A stretch of 64,000 bases of DNA from an uncultured Thermoplasmatales archaeon (GTDB taxonomy: Archaea > Thermoplasmatota > E2 > UBA202 > DSCA01), in contig CAZESS010000004.1 of the NCBI GenBank assembly GCA_964514975.1, positions 46,459 to 110,458 of the forward strand, given 5' to 3'. The notes under the pieces were generated by a model that saw nothing but the letters and a program-made list of their open reading frames with translations, did no database searches and was not told the DNA's origin. Of this stretch, positions 10,488 through 19,900 are shown piece by piece (position 1 is the first letter of the stretch; each line of letters starts with the position of its first letter). The translations under genes and the position numbers were made by a program.

Positions 10488-12985
10488 GCCAATCCCAGGA
10501 TCATCTGGATAACGAGGGTCACGTCGGCGGTGGTCACCGTGCCGTCAGCGTTGGCGTCAGCCGGCGGCGGATACTCCGCGCCGGGATGAGCGGCAAGGTG
10601 CTGTACGACCAGGTCTGTCTTCGTGATGTCGAGCGCGTTGATGCGGCCGTCCATGGTGGCGTCGCCGCGTCGCCAGACCGATATCTCCCGCGATGTCACC
10701 TGACTGTTTCCGTAGCTGTCGGTCGTGCTCAGCGTCACGGTGTAGGAGCCAGGCTGGCTGTAGGTATGGGATACGTTCGGACCCGTTGCGCTTCCGCCGT
10801 CGCCAAACGTCCATGTCCATGTGGCTATGCTGCCGTCGGCGGTACCGTTGAACGACACGGTTTCGTTGACGAACGGGAATGAATGAGTGTAGTTCACCGC
10901 TGTACGCTCCACCGTCGTGAACAAACGGGTCGGGGATGTCGTGGTGGCCATGCCGTCCGATGCCGTCACATGCCAGGTATAGGTTTGCCCGTGCTCGAGG
11001 GTGCAGGCGACGCTCATGGTGCCGTTGCCGGTCTCCGTGGTGTGCACTGCCGTTCCGTTGAGATAAAACACGGCGTCCATGGTGTCGCTGTCGGGATCGG
11101 TGACCGTGGCTCTGAGGGAAAGGTTTGCATTGGTGGTGCTTCCGTTGCCGGGGGATTCCAGCGCGATGGATGGCGGATGGTTGTCGCCGGCGGGAACCGT
11201 GACGTTGCGCTTTTCGCCATATGCGATCCGCCCGGTGTCGCCCACGGCGATTGCCCGGTAGTAATAGGTCTTGCCTGCTGCAACGCCGGGTATGCTCGCA
11301 TTGAAACCGCCCGTCCGGTTGGTGGCCACAACGTTGGTGGAGGATTTTTTGCCGTTCCAGTATTCGAACCAGAGGTAGCATGATGTGCTGTCGCCGAGCG
11401 CTGTTAGGTTGCCGTGCAGCGTGGCGTTTTCTCCGGTGATGGTGGCCTGTCCCGTGGTGACCGTTGGGGCTGCGGGCACGGATGTCATCCGGAATGACAG
11501 CATGGTGCCGTTGTATCTGCCCTGGCTGTTGTTGACGACGGCCCGGTAATGGTAGGTGGTGTTCCCGGCGAGTCCTGTTACCACCGTGCTGACCGGGCCC
11601 TCGCCGGTGATTGTCTGCACGGGCGTGGTCATCGTGAGATTATCGTTTTGGCCGTATTCGAACCAGACCTCGCATGTCTGGTCGCCGCCCATGTCGGTGA
11701 CGTTTGCCTGCAGCACGACCGCGTGCTCCACCGAGCCGGTGTCCACCTGCGCCTTGACCGCCGTGGTGGTAAACGTGCCGTCCTGCCCGTAGGTGGCGCC
11801 CGCGCTGTTTTCGGCTACCGCCCGATAATGATAGGTCGTGCCCGGCTGGAGTCCGGTCAGCGTGCCGGTGAAGGAGCCGTCGTCAAGGGACATTGCCTGG
11901 GTGGCCGAGCCGTAGGCCGTCGTTGGCCCGTATTCGAACCATACAGTGCATTGTTCGCCGCCCCAGTCGTCAAGGGTGCCCCTGAGCGTGGCGGTGCTGC
12001 TGGTGACATTGTCGGCGCTCCCGGTTGTCACGGCGGGCCGGACGACATGGGTGGTAAACGTTTTGGTGGAGCCATCTGTCTCCCCGGCGGTGTTGCTGGC
12101 ATACGCCCGGTATTGATAGGTGGTGTCGAGCGACAGGTCGGTGAGCGTGTGGGAAAAGCTCCCGGAAGAATGCATCGTGGTATTCCCGACGGCGACATGG
12201 CTGCCGTCCGTCCAGTATTCGAACCATACGGTGCAGTTGTTCGCGCCCGGGCTGCTCAGGTAGCCGTTCAGCCTGGCGCTGTCGTAGTCGACCGAGCTCG
12301 CCGCGTTGGTTGACACCGAGGGCTTCGCCGCCGATGTGTGAAACGTTTTGTCGTCTCCGTAGCTCTTTTTTTGGCTGTTCTCGGCGACGGCCCTGTAATG
12401 ATAGGTGGTGTCGGGGTCGAGGCCTGACACCGAGATGGAAAACGAGCCGGTGCCCGTTTTTTCAACCTTGTCGTCGGTCGATTGGCCATAGGACTGGCTC
12501 GTGCCATACTGGAACCATACCTGACAGGTGCCCGTATCCGGGTCGTTCAGGTCGTTGAGCGTTCCATGCAGCGTTGCGCCGCCGCTGCCTACATCGCTCT
12601 CGTCGTTTGTAACAACAGCCGGGAAGCCGACGAGGGAAAAACTGATGTTCCGGGATGGCTCGCTGACGTCGAGCACGAAGCTTTTGCGGTTTTCCTGCTG
12701 GTCATGAACGCAGGACACCTGGATGGTGTCCCCGTTTTCGCAGTTTTCCAGCGCCGACAGATCCGCCTGGTAGTATCCATCGCTGTTCGTGGTGACAGTC
12801 ATAAGCGTTGACTTGGACACATCTTTCACCGTCACGGTCACGCCGGACGGCAGCGTATCCCCGTCAGCGTTTTTGATGACACCGTAGACGGGAAACGACT
12901 GGTCGAGCGCGTCGCTCGAAAGCAGCATCGGTATCAGGCTGGTCAACAGCAGGATGGCTATCATGACACTTTGTATTTTTTTCAT
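10484..12985 (-). CDS. Secreted Fn3-like repeat protein with PKD and C-terminal dockerin
   Basis: Signal peptide; ~5 repeats with VWFEYG...TTYHYRAVA; PKD; C-terminal GDATMDGRINALD...ADANADGTVTTADVTLVIQMILG (duplicated Ca-binding loop-helix typical of dockerins); no TM anchor. Confidence 0.82.
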   Translation of the reverse strand: MKKIQSVMIAILLLTSLIPMLLSSDALDQSFPVYGVIKNADGDTLPSGVTVTVKDVSKSTLMTVTTNSDGYYQADLSALENCENGDTIQVSCVHDQQENRKSFVLDVSEPSRNISFSLVGFPAVVTNDESDVGSGGATLHGTLNDLNDPDTGTCQVWFQYGTSQSYGQSTDDKVEKTGTGSFSISVSGLDPDTTYHYRAVAENSQKKSYGDDKTFHTSAAKPSVSTNAASSVDYDSARLNGYLSSPGANNCTVWFEYWTDGSHVAVGNTTMHSSGSFSHTLTDLSLDTTYQYRAYASNTAGETDGSTKTFTTHVVRPAVTTGSADNVTSSTATLRGTLDDWGGEQCTVWFEYGPTTAYGSATQAMSLDDGSFTGTLTGLQPGTTYHYRAVAENSAGATYGQDGTFTTTAVKAQVDTGSVEHAVVLQANVTDMGGDQTCEVWFEYGQNDNLTMTTPVQTITGEGPVSTVVTGLAGNTTYHYRAVVNNSQGRYNGTMLSFRMTSVPAAPTVTTGQATITGENATLHGNLTALGDSTSCYLWFEYWNGKKSSTNVVATNRTGGFNASIPGVAAGKTYYYRAIAVGDTGRIAYGEKRNVTVPAGDNHPPSIALESPGNGSTTNANLSLRATVTDPDSDTMDAVFYLNGTAVHTTETGNGTMSVACTLEHGQTYTWHVTASDGMATTTSPTRLFTTVERTAVNYTHSFPFVNETVSFNGTADGSIATWTWTFGDGGSATGPNVSHTYSQPGSYTVTLSTTDSYGNSQVTSREISVWRRGDATMDGRINALDITKTDLVVQHLAAHPGAEYPPPADANADGTVTTADVTLVIQMILGLA

Positions 12986-15900
12986 GTTTTCACCTCTATG
13001 TGATACTGACCGGACTGCGCTATCCTGAGAACGGCGCAGTCTCCGGGATGGATGACGAAGTCATATTCGGGCGGGGAGACACCGACGACATAGCTGTCAA
13101 AGCTGCCAGTGCTGGTATTCCACCGGCTCACCACGCTCCCAGGGGGCATGATAGCGCCGCCTATCTGCGACGCGAGCGCCGACGCCTGTACGGCGGTGAC
13201 GCTGCTCCACACCACGTGGTTGGCGACGTTGTCGCTGTTTTTGTGGAGCTGGACGATCCGGTCCGCCAGCCGGTAGGCCTGCTCGGTGAAGTTGCCCGCG
13301 GCTGCAACGCGGAGTACCACCGCGTCGTAGGGATGGATGACGAAGTCATATTCGGGCGGGGAGACACCGACGACATAGCTGTCAAAGCTGCCAGTGCTGG
13401 TATTCCACCGGCTCACCACGCTCCCAGGGGGCATGATAGCGCCGCCTATCTGCGACGCGAGCGCCGACGCCGTTATGTTGTCGCCCAGCCAGGGGATATA
13501 GTTGACCACGTTGTTGGCGTTTTTGACGATGTGGATGGTGGTGTCAACTGGCACGGTTTTGCTCATGGTGGCGTTTGCGCTGCCGTTGGTAATGGTGAGC
13601 GTGACGTTGTAATAGTTGCCGATGTGGTAGGTATGCGAGGGATTTGTCTGGTTGCTTGTTTTGCCGTCCCCGAAAGTCCACTGCCATGTGGCGGCATACG
13701 ACGAGTTATCATGGAAGGCTACGGGGCTGCCGGTGGCGGGGTCTGCCCCATAGGTGAAATCGGCTGCCAGGTATGTGCCGACGGATATGTGCGCGGATGT
13801 GCTGGCGGTGGCGTTGTCGTCGTCGGTAACGGTGAGCGTAACGGTGTAGCCTCCATCCTGGCTATATCGATGTGTCACGTCTGTACTCGTGTTCTCGTAT
13901 TTTATGGTGCCGTCGCCGAAGTTCCATGTCCAGTTGACGATGGTGCCGTCGGGGTCAGATGCGTTGGGGGAGACGCCTATCTGCATCCCGCTCTGGGCAT
14001 ATCCGAAATCGGCGGCCGGTGGAACGTTGTCCACGGTGACGTTCTGCTGCACCTGGCTGGATGCGCCGTCGTCGTCGGTCACGGTGAGCGTGACCATATA
14101 GGTGCCATCGTCTTGATAGCTATGGGTGGCGATGGCGCCCGTAGTCGTGGTGCCGTCGCCGAAGCTCCAGTTGTACCCGGTGATATTTCCGTCGGGGTCG
14201 GTGGAGCCTGATGCGTTGAACGTAATGGTATCGAGGTCGGTGGGCTGCCCCGGCGTGTAGGTTAAGGTCGCTGTCGGCGGCACGTTTTCAACCGTTATCT
14301 GCCTGGACAATGTGGCGGTGGCGCTGTCATTGTCGGTGACGGTCAGCGTGACCGTGTAGGTGGCGTCCTCGCTGTAGCTATGCGTGGGATGCTGAGCAGT
14401 GCTGGTGTTGCCGTCGCCAAAGGTCCAGTGCCATGCGGTTATGCTACCGTCGGGGTCATTGCTGTGATCTGTGAACGTTATGTTTTCCCGGCTGACCGGG
14501 GAGGCAGGACTGAAGGTAAAGTTTGCCGTGGGAAATATGGTTATGGAAAACTGCCCGCTGAATGATGCAAGGTTCCCCAGTGTGTCGTTGGCGTGGATGG
14601 TGACGTTGTAGCGTCCCTGCTGGCTGTAGCTCTGTGTGAGGAAATACAGTGAGGAGGTGTTCATTGTTTTGTGTGCCATGGTGTCGCCAGCATGGGTGAT
14701 GGTGATGGACACGTTCTGCATCGCGAGGTTGTCGGCAACGGTGCAGGACACGTTGACCGTCTCGTTTGGCTCCTGTATCCCCGGACTGATGGAGAGATTG
14801 GTCATGTGGGGCGGCATGGTGTCAACGATGGTGAACTGGTGGATGGATGAATTGGAGACGTAGTCGTTCACGTCGGTTGCCCATATCCTGTAGCTGTAGT
14901 TGCCGAGCGATGGGTATGTTTGGTTGTGGAAATATATGCCGTTGCAGTCGTCGTCTATACCGGCAGGGTCCATGCTCGTGTTGATGCTGCTGCCGTCCGG
15001 AAAGGTGACGTTTATGGTGACGGATGACAGGGCGACGTTGTCGCTGGCGTTGCATGATATGTTAACGGGGTAACCATACTGTTTTTCCTGAGGAACGTCC
15101 TGCACGTCGTGTATTTCCGGGGGCATCGCCGGGTGGAAAATCTGGAATGTATAGGGGTTGCTCGTGTTGCTGTTGCCGCTCGGGTCATCTGCCCATATTT
15201 TCACGGAATAGTTGCCGGCGGTGTTGTATGGTGCCTCGTGCCACCATGTCGTGCCATCGTTGCTGTGCATGCTCATGTTGTCGGAGGTGGGACCGGTGAT
15301 GTTTATCCATACCTGGTCGACTGCTACGTCGTCGGTGACCCGGCAGGTCACGTTGACTCTGCCCTTTATTTCCTGGGGGTTTGGATACGCGGAAACATTC
15401 TCTATCCGGGGCGGCTCGACATCCCTGACGGTTATCTCCCCTGTCATGGTATCGTTGCCGTCATCCCCGTCGGTGACGGTCAGCGTGACAGTGAAATTGC
15501 CGTTGGAGGCATATGCGTGGGTGGGATTGTCGTTGTTGCTCGTTGCGCCGTCGCCAAAGCTCCATTCGTGTTCGTAGACATCACCGTCGGGGTCATATGA
15601 CAGGTCGGTGAAGGAGACGGGTTCTCCCACGGTTGCATTGTCCGGCGTGAACGAGAAATCGGCGACGGGCAGAATGTTGCGGATGGTAACCTCTTGCTGT
15701 GCGGTGTCCCATGCTCCATGGTTGTCGGTGACGGTCAGGGTAACGGTGTAGGTCCGGTTTTTGCTGTACTGATATCCGACCGTTTCCCCGGTCATCGTTG
15801 TGCCATCTCCAAGATTCCATGTGTAGTTTATGATGCTGCCGTCGGGGTCAGACGAGCTGGTTGCATTGAAGGTGACGGTATCCAGCCTGGTTGGGCTGGC

Positions 15901-16944
15901 TGGTGTGTATGTGAAGCTGGCCGTCGGCTTGTTGGCTATAACAAATTTTTTTTCGGCGGACCGGACCGTGTTGTTGTTGGTGTCGTTGGCCCACACGGTA
16001 TAGCGGTAGGTGCCCTTGGCAGTGTAATTTCGGGTATAATGGTAGTTGGTGGTGTTGCCCGTCCGATTCATGCTGGTGTTGTGGCATGTGCCGTTTGGAA
16101 GCGTGATGTTGATGTAGTTCATGCTCACGTTGGCGGAGCTGGTTATCCGGCATGAGATGTTGACCTGTCCACCGGGCGACTGTATCTGGGGGGTTGCCTG
16201 CAGATGGAAAATGTTTATCCCGGCGTACGGCCGCATCAGGGGATAGCGATCGAAAGTTGAACCTGTGGCTGGCTGGATGGGATACGGGGTGTCACCGATG
16301 CCGTCGTTGTTGGTGTCGTTTCCGTCATAGCTATCCCAGTAGTTGCCCTCTTCGAGCGTGGCATTGTACCAGAAGTTGTCATGTCCGGCATCGTAGGCGC
16401 TGTTGTTGAGAAATGAGTTGTGAAACATGGTGTTGCCTGTGCAAAATTTCTCGACATACAGCCCGTGGTTGGCGGAATTTTCTATCCGGTTTTCCTGTAC
16501 CACATTGTTGTCGGCAAGCCGGAGCCGTATCCCGTCATAGTTGTCGGTGACGGTACACTGTGAAATCGTTACACGCTCTGTGCCGTCGAGGAGCATGCCG
16601 CCTTTTCCGGAGCCGCCGTTCCTGATGGTGCAGCCCGTTATGGATGCCCCGCTGGCCTTCACGGTCACCACGTATCCCTGTCCCTCCCCGTCGATGATAA
16701 CGGCATCCCGACCGGAGCCCACCAGGCTGACCTGTTTGCTGATGGATACGCGTTCATTGTATGTCCCCGCGTATACGAAAACGGTGTCTCCAGAGCCGGC
16801 GTCGTTGATCGCCTGCTGGATTGAGGTGTAATCCTCGCCCCCGTTGACATCCACCGTGATTGTCTCCCCCTCCGTAACATATCCCCTGAAGGAAAAGAGC
16901 AGGAGGCAGACAGCTAGGAGAGCGAGCGGGAAGCTTTTTTTCAT
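12982..16944 (-). CDS. Secreted NosD/pectin-lyase-like beta-helix protein with multiple PKD/Ig domains and duplicated C-terminal module
   Basis: DYTSIQQAIN...GDTVFVYAGTYNE beta-helix cap, GNYWDSY...D..GIGDTPY beta-helix end, ~6 PKD domains, two ~95-aa C-terminal repeats. Confidence 0.82.
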   Translation of the reverse strand: MKKSFPLALLAVCLLLFSFRGYVTEGETITVDVNGGEDYTSIQQAINDAGSGDTVFVYAGTYNERVSISKQVSLVGSGRDAVIIDGEGQGYVVTVKASGASITGCTIRNGGSGKGGMLLDGTERVTISQCTVTDNYDGIRLRLADNNVVQENRIENSANHGLYVEKFCTGNTMFHNSFLNNSAYDAGHDNFWYNATLEEGNYWDSYDGNDTNNDGIGDTPYPIQPATGSTFDRYPLMRPYAGINIFHLQATPQIQSPGGQVNISCRITSSANVSMNYINITLPNGTCHNTSMNRTGNTTNYHYTRNYTAKGTYRYTVWANDTNNNTVRSAEKKFVIANKPTASFTYTPASPTRLDTVTFNATSSSDPDGSIINYTWNLGDGTTMTGETVGYQYSKNRTYTVTLTVTDNHGAWDTAQQEVTIRNILPVADFSFTPDNATVGEPVSFTDLSYDPDGDVYEHEWSFGDGATSNNDNPTHAYASNGNFTVTLTVTDGDDGNDTMTGEITVRDVEPPRIENVSAYPNPQEIKGRVNVTCRVTDDVAVDQVWINITGPTSDNMSMHSNDGTTWWHEAPYNTAGNYSVKIWADDPSGNSNTSNPYTFQIFHPAMPPEIHDVQDVPQEKQYGYPVNISCNASDNVALSSVTINVTFPDGSSINTSMDPAGIDDDCNGIYFHNQTYPSLGNYSYRIWATDVNDYVSNSSIHQFTIVDTMPPHMTNLSISPGIQEPNETVNVSCTVADNLAMQNVSITITHAGDTMAHKTMNTSSLYFLTQSYSQQGRYNVTIHANDTLGNLASFSGQFSITIFPTANFTFSPASPVSRENITFTDHSNDPDGSITAWHWTFGDGNTSTAQHPTHSYSEDATYTVTLTVTDNDSATATLSRQITVENVPPTATLTYTPGQPTDLDTITFNASGSTDPDGNITGYNWSFGDGTTTTGAIATHSYQDDGTYMVTLTVTDDDGASSQVQQNVTVDNVPPAADFGYAQSGMQIGVSPNASDPDGTIVNWTWNFGDGTIKYENTSTDVTHRYSQDGGYTVTLTVTDDDNATASTSAHISVGTYLAADFTYGADPATGSPVAFHDNSSYAATWQWTFGDGKTSNQTNPSHTYHIGNYYNVTLTITNGSANATMSKTVPVDTTIHIVKNANNVVNYIPWLGDNITASALASQIGGAIMPPGSVVSRWNTSTGSFDSYVVGVSPPEYDFVIHPYDAVVLRVAAAGNFTEQAYRLADRIVQLHKNSDNVANHVVWSSVTAVQASALASQIGGAIMPPGSVVSRWNTSTGSFDSYVVGVSPPEYDFVIHPGDCAVLRIAQSGQYHIEVKT
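13045..13471. repeat. 142-bp perfect intragenic direct repeat (13045-13186 / 13330-13471)
   Basis: Base-by-base comparison shows identity over 142 bp at offset 285; encodes ASALASQIGGAIMPPGSVVSRWNTSTGSFDSYVVGVSPPEYDFVIHP. Confidence 0.93.
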
Positions 16945-16953
16945 CGTGACCTC

Positions 16954-19900
16954 TTATTCGACACGGCTGATGAGCGGACGGATGTCCTCTTCGCTGCTGG
17001 GGCCAGCAATGTCGTAATAAACGCTCCAGTACCAGGCGGTGCCGCTCTCGGGCTGCTGCGTTGCATTGGGATACCGCTGCTCGTAGTTCTTCCAGTAGTT
17101 GCCCTCTTTTTCCTCGGAGTCCGGATTGTACCAGCTGTTGCCGCCGCCTTCGTCGTAGCACAGGCTGGAACTCCTGAAGCTGGTGTTTTCGAAGTTGTTC
17201 GAGTATATCTTGTTGTTTTTGGAATTGTTTCCAAGGATGTAGACGCCGTAGCTGGCGGACAGGTCGATGGTGAACGTGTTTTCTTTGAGGACATTGTTAC
17301 TCGTGGAAGAGGTCAGGTAGATTCCTCTACCATTGTATTCAAGTATGTTATCCTGGATTGTGCCATCCGTGGCGGCTTCCATATATATGCCTTGCGTGCT
17401 GCCCGAGATGGTGTTGCCGGTGATGGTACAGTAGGTGGAGGATTGCACGTAGATGCTCTCGTTTGTGTTCGATGACATGGTGTTGCCGCTGATGGTGCAG
17501 GACCCCGAGTTCACGATGTATATTCCCCGTTCATTGTAGGATATGGTGTTTCCGTTTTCGACATGGGTGCCGTTGGAGCTCCTGATCTCTATGCCGATGC
17601 TGTTGTTGCAGATAGTGTTGCTCTGTATGGGGCGCGACGAACCAAGCGTCGATGAAAGCACTTTAACGGCGGCCGAGGTGTTATGCCAGTACAGGTGGTT
17701 GTTTTTAACGTCGGCGGTGTCGGAGTTGTTGATGACGATGCCCGGCGCGTTCTGCCACAGCGTGTTGTTGTTGACGACGTTGTTATCGGAGGAGGAGGCA
17801 AGGTAGATACCCGAGCCAGCGTGGCCATAGACCCGGTTTCCTCCCTCCGCGTTGTTGCCGACGCTGTTGCTGTTTGAAGCGGAGAGATAGATGCCGTCCG
17901 TGTTGCCATACACGGTGTTGTCAAAGATGCTGTTGCCGTTCGAGGACGACAGATAGACGCCCCGCTGGTTGCCATACACCGTGTTATCCTCGATGGAGTT
18001 GCCCTTCGAGGTGGCCAGGATGATGCCATTGCCGCCATTGTCATGCACCGTGTTGTTACGTATTTCGTTGTTGCCCGCGGTCGCCGGCTTGGAGTTCTCC
18101 AGGTAGATGCCGTGGGACGTGCTCGAATGGACGACGTTGTCCACGATGATGTTTCCGTTTCCTCCAGACGAGGAGAGATGAATACCGATGTCGTTGTGCT
18201 CGACGGTGTTGGACAGCACGTCGTTGTTGTTCCCCGAGGTGAGCAGCAGGCCCGTCTGCGTGTTGTTGTGGAGATAGTTGCCGGCTATCCGGTTGTTGGA
18301 GGAACTCGTTGACAGGATGCCGAAGCCCTGGTTCCATCGGATGACGTTGCCGGTGATGTTGTTCGTGGACGAGGACTGCACCTTCATGCCGTTGCCAGTG
18401 TACTCGACGAGGTTGTCAACAATGGTGTTTTCCTGAGCGTAGTTGTTGAGATAGATGCCGCTGATGCTGCTGTTGTTGATGGCGTTGCCGGTCACGTTGT
18501 TGTAGCTGCTCCCCTCGACATAGATACCATAAACGTTCTCCCAGAGCGTGTTGTTGTAGATGGCGTTGGTGTTCGAAAACGAGTACAGACGGATGCCGCT
18601 TTGCCCGTTGCCATATATATCGTTCTGTGTTATCTCGTTTTCATTTGACGACTGCATGTAGATACCATGTCTGCCGTTTCCAGTGATAACGTTGTAGATA
18701 ACGACGTTTCCGCCGGGGAGATTGTAGAGAGCCCGGTTGAAATGTATGCCGTCGCCGGTGCTGTTGGAAATTGTGCAATGCTCAATGGTGTTGTTCTTTG
18801 AATCATAGATGTATATGCCCCGCGAGTTGTTGTGAACCGTGTTGTTGTAGATGGTGTTGAAGTTGGAGGAGGAAGACAGAGATATCCCGGTTTCCGTGTG
18901 ATTCATAATCTGGTTTGCCTGTATCACGTTGTTGCTCGAGCTGCTCCCCAGGATACCGTACTGGTTGCTTTCTATCTGGTTGTGCACGATGTCGTTGTTG
19001 CTTGAATCCTGTAGCTCCAAACCGTTCAGATTTGACTGCAGGGTGTTATCTTCGATGGTGTTTGAATGGGAATAGTCGCTTATCAGGAAAGCGCTCCCGG
19101 AGTGGTCGGTTATCACGTTGTCGGTAACGATGTTGCTGTTCGATATGTTGAGATAGATGCCTCGCGTGTTGTTTTGTATCGTGTTGTATCTGAGGGTGTT
19201 CAGGTCGGTGGCGGACACGAGTTCTATTGCGGTGCCGGTGTTGTCTTTGATGGTGTTGTATGAGACGGTGCATGACTCGAGGTTTTCCAGGTAGACAGCA
19301 TTGTCCGTAAGGCGAATTGTGTTGTTGGTGATGGATGCAAGGCTGGAGCGGTACAAAGAGATACCCATCTGGCCTGTTGACTGGATGCTGTTCTCCCTGA
19401 TTTTGGTGCCCAGGCTGTATCTGCCATGGATGCCATAGCTGGCGTTTTTGAGCGTGCATCCGCGGATGGTATTGTTGTGGGCGTTGTCGAGCGATATGCA
19501 TTTGTCGGCTATGTTGGTAGCCAGGGTACAGTTAATGATGGAGCAGCGGGCAGCCCCATCGAGTAAAATACCATTTTGAGCTGAATTGCCCTTGATAATG
19601 ACGTCTTTCACGGTCGTCCAGTCTGCCCGAAGGGTGAGAATGTTGCCACCGCTGGCCCGTATCGTGGGCGTGTCGATACCGATGATGTTTACCGATTTAT
19701 CGACGGAAAGCTGTTCATCGTATATCTGTCCGCTTGACCCTATAACGTTGACGGTGCCTCCGGGCGGAACGGCAGCGATGCCGGCCTGTATGGTTTCCAG
19801 ATGGGTTTCGTCGTCGAGCCATCCTGCCGGCGGGTCGTTGTTCACCCAGACCTCGGTGTTGTAGCCGGCTCCTTCGGCCATCCATGCCAGTACATTGCGA

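Noticed and set aside
13045-13471. DGR template/variable repeat pair
   Set aside because: Copies are identical with no adenine-specific mismatches, both are in-frame coding, and no reverse transcriptase is in the window.
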